Origin: the human T2T-CHM13v2.0 reference genome, Homo sapiens
DNA: 64,000 nucleotides
Reading direction: 5' to 3' (one strand)
NCBI RefSeq assembly: GCF_009914755.1
Contig: NC_060932.1
The notes under the pieces were generated by a model. The model did not search any database. It was not told the DNA's origin and saw only the letters and a program-made list of their open reading frames with translations. The translations under genes and the position numbers were made by a program. This document shows positions 34,301 through 53,750 of the stretch, one piece after another (the stretch's first letter is position 1; each line of letters starts with the position of its first letter).

Positions 34301-35026
34301 CACCCTAAGATTGCTTCTGGCCCACTCCAGTTCTGCCTTCCTTGGCTCCAACCTCATCCTTAGTGATGTTTCCACCTTGCTATTGGGTCCACAAACAGGC
34401 AGGTGTGCCAACTGTGTGTCATTTCACTCACACATAGAGAAAAACAATTCTTGTCCATCAGAAACTTCATAAGGGTTCTCTTAGGGATGTGTGGAGGGCT
34501 TATTGGCCTTTGTCAAGTTAGAGTTCTGAATATTTTATCTTACTTAATTTTAAAAGTTAAATACCATTTGTTTTTCACAGATAGTAGAAAATCTCCCTGA
34601 AATTGCTCTACATAAGTAGTGATTCATTAAATTACTGATTGACATTACTAATTACTTTTACCTCCACCATGAAGCTAGGCACCAAGCAACCCCAAAACCA
34701 ATGCCCAAGTTAGGCAAACGAGGATCCAACAAAATTCAAACTTACCTAGAAGTGGTCTCTGTATGTGTCGACTGAGATTTAAAACAAATTTCAGTGCAGG
34801 GGAGGGTGAGGCTCAGATAATGTCATTTCCCAGCTGCAATGGCTCCTGTTTAGCCACAGGGTAACTTTGGAGCTACTTAGCATTATTTAAAAAGGGTCTA
34901 ATGCTCTGGACTTCTCTAGTCATTCATCAGATCCAACTCACTGTGTCCTCCCCTGCAGTCACACTGAACTGGCTCTATTCCTTTTGCCTGAAACACACTT
35001 TTCTCTCATTTCCTACTGTTGCTTCA

Positions 35027-35356
<330 letters not shown>

Positions 35357-35960
35357 AATGCTAATGTAGATTTTTCTTACTGGTTCCCCAAAGCCGGATC
35401 AAAAACTATGTTAAAAGAATGAATGGGCTCCGGCAAAAAGAATGGTGGAAAAACTAAGTATTACTATCCATATTATCCATTTTCCCTTTTTACTTTAGTC
35501 CATTATTGTGTAACTCCACTATGTTTTTAAAATACCATCATAGTCATAATTATTGACAGAGTAGCCCCTGCTGAACCCATACTATTTGAAGTTTGAAAAA
35601 GAACACTAAAGTCATCTAGTTCTGCCCACCTGATATTACTAATGAGAAAGCAGTTAGTAGTAAAAAGAAGGAAAGCATTAATTGAAGGGGCCACTAGGAA
35701 AACATAATTACACGGTCTGGGATTACTTCATCATGAGACATTATGAAAATGTTCAATCCAATGAAAGTCATCAATATATAGGTAATGCTTCAATTAAATT
35801 TGTTGTACTTTGGAAAATTACATATTAAATCTTCTCAATTTATCAGCTAGTCAGTTTGGAGACAGGTAAGAGGAAAAACTTGGAAAATAAGAAAAAGAAA
35901 CTGCTTTTAAAATAATCAATTATTATATGACAATCTACTAAAGGTGTTAGACAGTTATAG

Positions 35961-36388
<428 letters not shown>

Positions 36389-36553
36389 TTAGAATGTTAA
36401 TTCCTTCTGTGGCAAATCTAAATAAAGGTCCCTCATTTCAGTAGATTCTAAATTGATATACTATGTAATTGATGTTTTACTTTTAATTATGATCATCCTT
36501 CCTTCTTACCAACATAATCTGAGATTTCATATGAGTGTATATATACAAAAATA

Positions 36554-36871
<318 letters not shown>

Positions 36872-37411
36872 TCACACACACACATATATATGCCTTGAAC
36901 CTTGTTGACTATATTTAATTGGAAAAATAAAAACTGAAAAAAATTAGCAAATGATGCCTTCAGAAATCATATATTTTAAATAAATGGGTGTTTTAGCTTA
37001 AATGTATTTATTATAATTGATCATTATTAACACATTTTTGAAAATTAGTGTGTACCATGAATAGATAACATACCGAGAAAAAATGAATGGAAACTATAAA
37101 GTGTATTAAACTATAACTAGGAAGTATACTATAGAGAGTTTACACATGTGACCAATATTTACCATTCATTAATCTTTATCTTTTAATAAGAGCTTTTTTT
37201 AAAAGGAAGCTTCTAAAAGGTTTCTAAAAATTTGTTTTAACATGAAAAATTAAAAGTGTAATTTCCTTAACAAGATATGTTTAATATAGAATATCAAGAA
37301 ATGTTTTAAGATAATGATTATGACAGTCCTGGTAGGATAATGTGTTTCTTGTTGTGGTTTCTTGTACATAATGATGATGAGGTTCTATTTCTCACTCACT
37401 ACTACACTTAC

Positions 37412-37606
37412 CTCCACATTTTGGAATCAGTCCACTCCACATTACTTTTCCATCCATAAGAATACATGTAATTGTTTCTGTTCCCTGGGTTTTAATAAAT
37501 CCTTCTTCACAAATAACTGAAATTGAACTTCCTAATTGAAAGTTGTCCCCAAACCGCCGTGCATTGATTGGTATTCCAGGATCAGGGCATTCATTATGTC
37601 CAAATG
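37412..37606 (-). CDS. CSMD3: CSMD3 coding exon, Sushi domain (195 nt, phase 1-1)
   Basis: attctaaag|CA TTT GGA...TGT GGA G|gtaagt. It translates to TFGHNECPDPGIPINARRFGDNFQLGSSISVICEEGFIKTQGTETITCILMDGKVMWSGLIPKCG and overlaps ORF 37392..37733. Confidence 0.96.
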
Positions 37607-40172
37607 CTTTAGAATAATATGCAAAGAAAAATACACAAACAAACAACATTAGCCAGAGAGAGATCCTTCTATATTTTGGAAAAGAGAGAGAGAGAAAGAG
37701 ATATTTTAAAAGGTTGTGTTTATTTCTACACAAGTTTTTATTTATTTACTTTAAATTTGGAGGTTCTCCTCTGACCTTACCTGTTTGCCTGTGATGTGCA
37801 ATAAATGTGAATGTTTTAAAATGTGAATTACACTCTAAAATTATAAAATTTCAAAACAGAATTATTTCTGCTTATTTCTGGAGACCATGAGACTAGCTAA
37901 GATTATGAAAATATTTCCAGTATAAGCTGGTCAGAATTTCAATTAATTAAAATGCAAAGCAATTGACAGAAGCATTAGTATGTATTCCTTTGGAAACTTT
38001 TATTTATTTTTCTCTATTTCCAACTGGAAATAGAGAGAGTGAGTCTCATCTTGAGAATTAAAGTGAAATGTCTCAATCTAGTATGAAACTGTTACAACTT
38101 TTTAAATAATTTTCCATGACATTTATTTTCTGCCATCTGGGAAAAAGGAAGAGAGTTAATTCTTTCGCAATTACCATGTTCCAAGCACTGTGATATGTTA
38201 TTATCTCATTTAATATTTAGAATAGCTGATGAGGAAAGTATTGCCATCTATTCAAAAGAGTAATGTTAGACTCAGGAAAAGTTAAGTAACTTGCCTAATG
38301 TCATAGAAATAGGGCTTCATAGGATTGAAATGTATCCCCTGGACCGGATTTTAATTTCTTCTCAACAACCTATTGTATCTTGGCTTATTTGTCTCATGTA
38401 TCTCAGGAGAACAGGAGTTCTTGAGCTCAGGGCCACTATCTTATTCTACCTTGTTTGTCTCACAGTTTATATTTAGCCAAGTTACAGCAAATAGCAGGAG
38501 TATAATAAAAATGGGTTTATTTGAATTTTTCATAGATTATAGATTACATGAACAATCCAAATTTTTCTCTGTATTCATCTGAGTGACCAATTGTGTATTA
38601 TAAAATTTTAATGTATTACAATATAAATGGAAGAATATTTAAAGAGGCAAGGTCTACATGTGTAAAATATATTTTATGAGATGCTTATAACTTATTATTA
38701 TATTCATACTGCATTAGTACATGCAGTGATTTTAAATTTTCTCACTAATCATCACTTTGATGCTGGTTATAAATTGTATAATTTTACTATCTGTTCTCCT
38801 TATTTTAAATGAAACAGTGCAAAAGAATATTAAGGTACGTTTTAGAATACATAAAATATGTTTTATATGTATACATATTTCTAATTATTATTTTATTTTG
38901 TAATTTTAAAAACTCAATTTTGATTAAGCAGTGTAACTCTAATATAGAGTACCTGGTAGATATTTTTTCAGAAAAAATGAATCTCATTAGTAAGCATTAA
39001 ATAAAATAATTTGCACATTATCAATTAAATTATTTACTATAGAACAGAACCAGGAAAAGGGAGACCTATTTCCATAATACCCTGAAAAACTATCAACATT
39101 AAAGTTAAAAATATTATGCATTTAAGACAAAATAAAAATTATAGATAGATAGATGCATATACATGTCTATCTTTAGACATGTACATGAAGTATTTTTTAA
39201 AAATTCTCAAAGCAGTCATTTTATATAAGTTTCTATGACACATGTCACCGCTAATTTAACTTTAATAATATGCAATTACATGTTTACAATTTACAGCGAC
39301 ACTATTCACCACTAGTATCACTTTGAAAATACAACAACTACACTTTGTCTGCCAAAGCTTAACATTGAATAGGTGAGGGTGGGAGTGAAGTGTGAAATTC
39401 TTTTTATAAAGCAACAGGAAGAGCTGGAAACTAAATCCTTTTATTATGTGACACTTAAATATTAACTCATCCAATTGGTCAATATCTGACACAGTGTAAA
39501 AGCTTCAAGGAAAAGCAATAAAAATTACTAGTATTCTATGGCTTCAGGTATATTTGCAAACAGAAGCATTAGTATCTAAGTGTTATTAATCCACTAAGGT
39601 TTTTTTCTTTTTTATGTGATTCATCTTTTTTCTATGATTATAAACATTTTTGCAGATAAATAATATTTAACATCTCACACAACAACATAAGATGTCAAGA
39701 TAATTGTTCAAAAACCAACTAAACAATAATGGCTAATGTTTATTAAGCTTTTACTAAGTAATATGTACTCTGTGCTAAATTATTCACATGCATCACCTAA
39801 TTTATTCTTTATAGCAATCCATTGTGGTTTCACTAATGTGAGTACTGTGGCTCAGTTATAAAACCTAAAACAAGGCTAAGATCCAAAGTTAATTATTTCC
39901 TTTTCTATGATGCTACTGTAGCCATGTGATTTTTTCTTTGGAATTTTAATTCTATGCCATGATTAGTTGTTTAATATCTATTGGTGCATGAATATCTTTA
40001 AGGGAAACTCTATTTCTCTTTTATGTTGCATACAAATAACAAAGTATGTGATCAATAATAGGTTTGGGTTTATGCTAAGATATAAATATGTTGGCTGATA
40101 TAACAATTATAAATATATTGGCTTACATAATAACAATATTTGAAACATATTTCCTTGATATTGGGCCTCTCA

Positions 40173-40739
<567 letters not shown>

Positions 40740-41372
40740 TCAAAAATAATATTTCATCTTATTTTGTCATATTCTACAATTATGATAATCAATTAGCAGT
40801 ATAAGATAATATTAAATTATGTAAATTATAAAACAGAACAAAACGGTTACCATTTTTACATATTGAAAAAGGCAACTAGTACTTTGGATAAACTTAAGGC
40901 TCTACCCTTAAATAATGCACAAAAATATAATTGGAATAATAGCAATTTTTTGACATATATCTTGTTTATGTTAGACTGTATAAAGTGTTCATTTCAGTGT
41001 TTAAAAAGTGAAAAAATATACAGAAGTTCCCATAGAAAGCAATAAGGTTCTTGAAATGATTGAAGACAAAAAATATTATGTGGATATTAACAGAACAAGA
41101 ATCCGGTAGCTCAGAAAACACTCAAGGGGATGGTTATCAATGTGTGAGTTCCATTTCTATGGTGGCAATGGATGCTCTGATAGTTTACTACACAAATAAG
41201 GAGATAAACTAACTTCTTTAACAGCCATTAGTGGCTAAAACCTGAAGAACAGCTAAATGAGAGCTCTTGCCATCACACTAAAATGAAGTCTTTCTCCTCC
41301 AGTTTTTTTAACTTTTAAAAACATGTGATTTGAAAGTTCACATAGAACATTTAGAAAGCAGAGGAAAAATAA

Positions 41373-41780
<408 letters not shown>

Positions 41781-42659
41781 TGAATTCCCTACATTTTGTA
41801 CTAAATTATGTTTTCCTTATATTTAATATGTGAGTTTTTCAAGTCGAGTTTTTAAGCAAAATTTATACTTATTAGTTAAAACTCTCCTCCATTAATTTAT
41901 ATGGACATATAAACATTAATTGAACTGTTCTTCTAGTGTTTGACATTTAAAATTGTATTTTAAAATTTTTGCAATATAAATAACACTGACTCTATTCTTG
42001 AAGAAAGCTTTTTTGTTCATTATTTCCTTGGTATACATTTTCAAAAAAAGCACTTAGTATGACAAAGGATATGAATTTAAGCCTCAAAACATTTTGCTAA
42101 ATTTCTGATTTAAAGTTATTTTGACGTTATTGAAAAATAACAGAAATATCAGAGAATACAACACCCGTAACAGTATAAAATATTGTGATTATTTTCCTTC
42201 TCCTCCATTGATAAGAAAAATGATAACTCATTGTCTTAACTCGCATTTCTTTGACTACTAGAGAAGTTGAAGATTTCTTACTTTTGTTAGACATTTTCAT
42301 TTTCTTTTAAAAAATTATCTGCTCATAAACTGATCATTTAAGTTTATGATCTCTTAGTTTATAATATGCATAAAACTTTCTCATTATTTTGTAATTTTAG
42401 TATTTTGGCATAAATTATTTGTTTTAATTTGAATATTAAAATAATTGTTCGCATTTCTTACAATCTTTTAGCATCATATGTTTTATTAACATTCAGACAT
42501 TATACCAATATCTATTTATCTACACAAATATAAAACCATAGGTATAGCTGCATCTACCAACAGATATATCTCTCTTTATAACTTTTATCATTTTATCATT
42601 CAAAAATATTTTGTACTTTGAATCTATTTATTTTCTGCATAATTTTATGAGTTGAACTG

Positions 42660-42937
42660 AAGCTTGCAAACTGACAGTCATTGGATTGAATTCAGATTGC
42701 AGATGTGTTTGGCTTGATTTTTTTTTCTTCTGCCCCCATAAAAATTTGAAATCACATTGAAAAATCATCATATTTCATATTTAAGGGGAAAACATCTTTT
42801 ATTCTAGCTTATCTTGAAAAGTTAAGGCACCCCAGTTTCCTACCACTTCCAAAATGGGTGCACACATACTTACTCCTAATCCCTCTTCACACTGTTTCCT
42901 GCCTGCATCCTGGAATTATTTGATCCTATAACTCCTG
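42660..42937 (+). mobile_element. MER102-like hAT fossil
   Basis: ttgcaaactgacag...gcagatgtgtttggcttg...ctagcttatcttgaaaag...actcctg resembles MER102; it is degenerate. Confidence 0.45.
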
Positions 42938-42945
42938 ATCTAAAT

Positions 42946-43167
42946 TAAGGGTCGGAAATCTTTTTCTGAAAAGGAGTAGGTAATAAATGCTTTGGCTTTG
43001 CAAACCATACGATCTCCTTTGCAACTATTTAATTCTGCAATTGTAGCTGGAAGGCAGCCATGCACAATCAGTAAATGAAAGTGTTTGGTTATGTTCCAAT
43101 AAAACTTTGCTTAAAAATACATGGAAAGGAGGATGGATTTGGCCCACAATCTGTTTGCCATCTCCTG
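42946..43167 (-). mobile_element. MER58A hAT DNA-transposon fossil
   Basis: Matches reverse MER58A (gttccaataaaacttt...ggatttggccc...gtttgccatctcctg). 8-bp TSD atctaaat at 42938-42945 and 43168-43175. Confidence 0.85.
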
Positions 43168-44733
43168 ATCTAAATGATCCCCACTTGGAGCAAGAGCTAA
43201 CCAAAGACACACTTTAATGGCCCTTATCAGATAGATAGATGCTTATATCATACTTTAAATTCTTAATTATATAAGATGCAGTTTTTATGTAACTTCCCTT
43301 CACAATTTGTTAGTACCACACTCATAACTTAAGATGATACTTAAGCATCCACAGAAGCACTTTGCTTTTACAAAATTCTTGTATCTACTCCTGCCTGTTT
43401 TATTACTTAGCTATATGTCAATACAATACGTCAAGTTCCCAGAAAAACTATGTTAGAATTTTGACTAAAATTGCAAAGCAATTTCTGTATAACTCATGTA
43501 TTTGAAATAGTGATTTATCATTCAGGAACATGGCTTCTATCTGTATTTCGTTCTCATAAAATTTTATTTTCTTGTAAGTTTTATAATTTTTTGTATGAGT
43601 TATTTGAAATATGTGAGGATTATTTATTTGTATTTTATAATTGTATTTTCTGAATGTATTCTCTTTTAAATGTATTTCCAAGTTAGTTATTACTGGTATA
43701 TAAAACATTATTAATCGCTACATTTTTATCATATATCAGGATATCAGACCTAATTTTAAAATAGTAAAAAATGTTTTCTAGTATTCAAGAATGTTTTAAA
43801 AATTGGTTTTAGTCAGCAAAATTTTCAGTATTTTCACTAAATGCCTTTTGGAATCTGTTAAAATGCTCTTAAAATATTTTTATTTTTGATGTGATATATT
43901 ACACTAATGGATTCTCCAGTATTAAGCCAACGTTGTCCTCCTAGAAGAACACCTAGAATTAAAAATTGTCAACAAAAGTATTTTGAAGTATTACTAAGCT
44001 TTGGTAAATCGAATCAGATCCTCCTAATATATTTTCTTCTCTTACAAGAACTTCACCAAGTAATCTTGGTTAAAGATAAGAACTAAAACAAAAGGGGACT
44101 GTGAAGGGGACGTATGCACTTTTCCTCTTCTAGACTTCCTGAAGAGCAAACACAATATATTGTTATTAGGGAAATTTCTGCCAGATTCTAAAAATATCCA
44201 CTTCATTTTAATGTATTGAAGACAGCATTTAATTGAGCACACCAAGTGCGTGAATAGGCAATACAAATTATACTTTTGCTGTAGTTAAACTGCAATATCT
44301 TAATGTATTTGAATACATTATTTTAATCCAAGCATATTGTATATCATTAATGTTAATGAATTGTATTGTATGCAATATAAAAAAATGGCACCTCATGCAT
44401 TAGTGTTAACATCTACAAGCAAAAATAAGTTAGTGCATTATACATACAATATAAGCTTTAAATATTTTAATGTTTTTGATTGCAAATAAACATATACTAT
44501 CTTATTAAAATAAATGAGTCTATTAGAATTCATTCAGATGTATAATTTCCATAAGAAGTATGCTCTCTAGAAAGTATAAAATGTCATGAAATAAAATGTT
44601 GTAAGAACACACGTAATATATATTTTGCCATTACCAAGTGAACTATGTTAACTTTATTTAAATCTGTAATAAAATTTATAATTTGGCATAAGCACACTTG
44701 TTAAAGATAGCATCACAAAGTGCTACTCACTCA

Positions 44734-45042
<309 letters not shown>

Positions 45043-45893
45043 TCACCTTCCAAGGGTTGCAGGCATATGATACCCATAATACAAGTTAGGTAGATATATG
45101 CTCTTTGTTGTGGAGATATTTCAGAACAAAAAATAAATATATTCTCCAATCTTTTTTTTTTTGGCCATTCTTACAGGCATGATAAAATGATCTTTAGATA
45201 ATAATTAGTATATTTCTTTCTTTTTATATATGAAGAATCTGAGGTTATCAGAGCTAATGAGGTGCCAGAGGCCATGTACTTAACAGAAAAATTATGATAA
45301 GATCTCATATTTTCTCTCTGTACTACATATATACATAAATGTACACACACATAGACATAAATGTATATTTCCCTCAAATCCCAAAGACTTTTCTTATTCT
45401 TGTCATTTCTACAGGATACGGTAAATCCCTGAATCATGACCAGGACACGAGGGAACATTCTCTGTGTCTATACTCCTACAGAAATCAATGAATACCTCTC
45501 ACCTAAGATCTCTTCCACACTCTGGTACTAGTTGGTTGAATTATTTTCCCAACTAGACCCCCCCCCCCAACAAAAAAAAAATCTTCTCAAAGGAAGCAAT
45601 CAGTTTTGAATTCCAAATTACTCAGCTATGTTCCTTAATAAATGTTTCTTGGATGAGTGGAAAGAGATTGAAAAAAATATTTTAACACCATTAAAACAAC
45701 CTTTGAGATGTATCCAAAGAAACTTCAAATATCTGGGATCATCACTGTTTAACTATGAATGTTAGCAGTAAATTATTGTGGTGGTTGATTTGCCTTAAAA
45801 GTCACATAAAATCTTAGTAATACAGTTGTCTTCAAACAAACAATAGTAAAAAAAAATACAAATTAAAAAAATGTAACTTTAAGATAAAGTTAT

Positions 45894-46173
45894 AGTCTCT
45901 CCTGACACTCAAATATCGACACATTGCTAGTTCCTCCGTTATCCACTAGCATCGATTTAATGTGTATCTTTCCAGTTCTTTTTTCAAGATGTATAATTCC
46001 ACACAGACATATCTAATATGTAACATTATAGAAACCTAAAAATTATCTTCACAAAAACTATGCAGTATTGTTTCATGTACATCATACTTTAACTTTTATT
46101 ATACTGTCAATATTATTTTCTTTCTCCTTTTTAACCAAACACTATGTTTTAGAGATACTATTGAACATCCTTG
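45894..46173 (+). repeat. Donor copy of a 280-bp local duplication
   Basis: Aligns without gaps to 50099-50378; I counted 14 substitutions by eye (about 95% identity). Confidence 0.95.
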
Positions 46174-46633
46174 TATCCTTAGCAGAAATCATACATGCAT
46201 TTAAACGTTTCTTTAAAAAACTGGATTTGATTTTATATTTTCTTAGACTTTTTTTATCTATCAGGGACATTGGTCTATAACTTTTTTCTTCTGCTCTTCA
46301 TATCTAGTTTTAATATCAAGGGAAGATGTTAGTAATTTTCCACATTTTACTAGTCTTTAGGTTAATTTGTACCAGAAAAAAATTGGATTCTTGCATGGAT
46401 GAGTTTGGTAGCCATCTGAGTACCATTTTTTTTCTTCAAAGGTTATTTTCCTATTTAAGTGTTTCATGTTGTTGTTTGTTTTTTCTTTTGCTTGTTTCTT
46501 GGAGAGGGTTTTGGGCCAATATTGGCAACTTATAAACATTAGAGAAGTGACATTTTTCAAGGTTTGCTGGTAGTTTAGTTGTAACAGAATTGTTACAAGA
46601 TTTTTTAATATCTCCTTTATAAATATGCCATAA

Positions 46634-47071
<438 letters not shown>

Positions 47072-47664
47072 AAATTCTATTGTTTTTATTTTAATTTAAA
47101 CATCTTTTCTTTTTATATTTTTGGATTCCATCTTCAGTTTTCTTTTGGATTATATTGCTATTCTTTTTTCTGTTTTCTTGAGTTGAAATCTTAGAACTTT
47201 TTTAGTATATTTTCAGCCTTTCTTATTTATTAAAAAATAAAATAAATTTAGCTCTAAATTGATATGGAGAGATTTTATTGTTCACTTGTGAAAAGTTTGT
47301 AGCTTATGTTTTGGTTTACTTTGTAACTCATAAATAATGTCTGAGTGTTTTAAAATTTATGGGTTGATCTATCATTTTGTTGCTGCTTTCTAATGTTGTT
47401 TCTTTGGTATTCAGTATATGTATATCGAGGTCTTGCAGTGGATAAATAAGTGAAATATATTCAGTTCAATTTGTTATATTAATCAAGTTGAAATTATTTA
47501 TGCCTTCAATGTCTACTGGCTCCAACAACTTCTTGAAGAAGCCTGTTAAAGTTCCAAATGTGGATTTGACAACATTTTTTAATAGTTGAATCAAATTCAT
47601 TTCACATACTTTAAAGCATCATTCAGTTAGTTAGTTTATACAACAAACAGTTGATTGTCTTATA

Positions 47665-47883
47665 CACTAATTCCTCTTTATCTGCATTTTGCTTTCTGTG
47701 GTTTCAGTTACCTGAGATAATGTGGTCCAAAAATAGGTAAGTATAGTACAGTAAATTATTTTGAGAGAGACAGAGAGCACATTCACATAACTTTTATGAC
47801 AGTATATTATTATAATTCTTCTATTTTATTTTTAGTTATTGTTATCAATCTCTTTCTGTGTCTAATTTACAAATTAATCTTTA

Positions 47884-47939
<56 letters not shown>

Positions 47940-48042
47940 GAGAGAAAATAACATAGCCTGTATAAAGTTCAGGACTATCTGTGGTTTAAAGCACCCATTG
48001 GGGCTATTGAATCATATCCTTATGAACAAGGGGGGACTACTG
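47665..48042 (+). mobile_element. MER44A (Tigger7-derived) DNA-transposon fossil
   Basis: ggtttcagttacc...gtccaaaaataggt...cacattcacataacttttat...aaggggggactactg, flanked by TA. Confidence 0.85.
47884..47939. repeat. (TATC)14 tetranucleotide STR
   Basis: 14 uninterrupted TATC units counted. Confidence 0.95.
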
Positions 48043-49646
48043 TATTTACATGTGTCAGATGCTGTTCCAGGGATCTAAGATACACCAATAAATAAACAGA
48101 CAAGGATTTCTGCTCCATGAATGCATGTATTCCATTGGATGTTTGCAAACTATAAATAATAAACAAATAATGTCTTATTTTAGAATGTGATATATAGTAC
48201 AGAAAAGGAAAAGATTAAACAGGAAGTAGTTGTGTTAAAGTGCTAGGTGATTGGGGGTGACACTATTGCTAGGTTCAGTTTATTACTCTTATACCTTCTT
48301 CGAAAAATTGTTTCTGTTATTGAAAGAATAGGTCCTTCTTCATCTGAAAATGTCTTTATTTTGCCTTCACTGTTGAATAATAGGGGGTAAGGTATAAAAT
48401 TTTAATTCAAAATTATTTGCCCTCAGCATTTAAAGATGTTTTCCTCTAGTCTATTATCCATCCACTATTCCTGATAAGAAATATGATATCAAATTGATTT
48501 TAATTCTTTCATAATTAATCTGCCCCTTCTCCTCCATTCTTTTAAGAGCTAGGATTCCTTTTCAGACTTGCTGTTTTTAAATATACTCATTTTTAAATCT
48601 ATTTTTTCTACTAGGTGCTCAATAGACTACTTCTGTCAAATACCTTGTAACTTTTTTTTCAGTTCTAGGAAATTGTTACCATTATTTCCTTTAAAATGTT
48701 GTTTATTATATGTCCTCATGTTTCTGAAACTTGTTCATATTGAATGTTGAAAATTAGGAATTTAGCCCTCATGTTGCGCAAACTTTCAACTTCTCATTTT
48801 TAGGGATTCTCTATTTTGCATTCTAGAAGAATTCAATAATTCCATATGTATATAATACACATATACACACACATTTATATATTTATATATTATAAATTTC
48901 AGTTTACTAATTCACTGTTTAGTTTTATTTAATTACAAATTACCTTAAATACTGAAAAATTATGTTGTCATTTCCTAAATATTTAATGACTTTAATGATT
49001 GTTATTTCTTATTGTTTCATAGTCTTCTTTTTTTTCCATAAATACAATTTCCCCCCTTAATTTTGTGAAGGTATCTACTCTAATTATTTTAAAATATTTT
49101 CTTATTGCTCTTTTAACTCTGTTTCCTTGGATTTAATGAGAAGTGTATTTAGAGAGTAGCAGAGTGAACTTTATTCTAATGCAGCATATTTGAAAATTTA
49201 TACAGTGAATCATAATGGCTGTTATGCCTATGATGAAAAGGCACAGGAGGAAGTAGTTTAGGGGAGAACAAAACTTGTGTTTGAGCAAGAAAAAACAATG
49301 ATAACAAACATTTATTTATATGTTTATTTACACTTATTTATCTTAGGAATACCCTACAGCCTCAAAACAATTGTAAATGTTCTCTTTTCATTCTTAGTCA
49401 TTATTATATTTTTAAATACGCTTTCTATTATCTTGGGTTTAGTGTTGAGAGTGAGTGTTAATCTATTTGAAACTCTATTTTTTTCTTTGCTCCATTAATA
49501 CAACACTCTTTAAAATTAAGAACATATTTTAAATTTAATGAAGCTGTAAATACTCTCTAACATAGACTGGAAACAATACACAGTAAGTAAAGTAAACATG
49601 CACCTAGTATGTAACACTGCTTTTGGGTTTTTTTCCTATGCAGTAG

Positions 49647-49684
49647 TGATATGGTTAGGCTTTGTCTCTCCACCTAAATCTCAT
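49647..49684 (+). mobile_element. 38-bp 5' stub of a THE1/MST-type MaLR LTR
   Basis: TGATATGGTTAGGCTTTGTCTCTCCACCTAAATCTCAT matches the recalled THE1D/MSTA start; the rest of the LTR is absent. Confidence 0.65.
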
Positions 49685-49802
49685 AAATTGAGATTTTTAT
49701 AAAGTCTTAATCACCATGCTATTGTGGAGAACTTTTCATTCACTAGTTATTCATTTATAAAACCTTTACTTAGTTTCTAATATTTATAAAAAATAAAATA
49801 AG

Positions 49803-52703
<2,901 letters not shown>

Positions 52704-53750
52704 AAAATAAGGTACTAAGGATATAAAGACAAATAAAATGTAGCCCCTGTCCTTAACTGAAGGCACAAAGGAGGTATTAGCTAAGTCTCCTTGGATTTGG
52801 AGGTTGGAAAAGAGGTAAAGACTGCACAGAAGAGGTAACCCTAAAGCTATTTTCAGAGTTATCTCACCGAGTAGACTAAGAAGGACAAAAGAAAGAAAAA
52901 GTATCCTGAATAGAGAGGGCAGTATCAGAAAAGGTATAAAGCCTTTTTCTTCCCTTTTCTTTCAAAGTGGAATGGGTAGAGTTAGGTGGCAGTGGCAGTG
53001 GCACCAGAGGTTGAGGAGATATTAGGGTCAAGTACGTGGTATTATGGATGAGGGCCAGAGAAGTAGAAGTGAGGCTAAAAAGGCAGCCGGTAAGGTTGGG
53101 AGGTTAAGTATATGTGAAGAAGGTTGAGAATCAGAAATATTGAAGATAAGGGCAGACAGACTTCTCACTAACAAAAAAGAGCATTTACAAATGTAGAAAC
53201 AGAAAAGACTACAAAGAACCCTAAGGGGTTAAACTGAAATGTTAAAAAATCGTGTGAACTCAAGTTTAAAATATGAATATAACTAGATATAAATGGGTGG
53301 ATATACATACATATGTCATGCATACACACATATGTACACATATATGTGCACATATTTTCTAGCTGCATCCACTGAGAGTCCTAAAAGCAATAAAGCTCTA
53401 TAGAAACAAGTATATTGAGTACCCAGATTTGGTTTCTACATACCATTCTTCACTAAAGGGAACCAGGGGAGCTGATTTTAGGGGATGGACAAGGAAAAAG
53501 ATAAGATGAAACTGGAATACCTTGTTGTGCCAATAAAAGTAGGGTGTACTTAAAGAATGATGGTGGGGACATATCAAAAGGACATAGAGGCCAGCTTGAA
53601 GAAGCTCCATTGGCTATTCTGGTGCAATTTAACCATCAAACAAAGATAATGGCAGAGTACAACACATTGAATAAAATTTAAATGCATTCATCCATACTGA
53701 CATAAATAAATAAATGGGACAGAAGGGAAAACATTTTCTCCATAAAGAGG

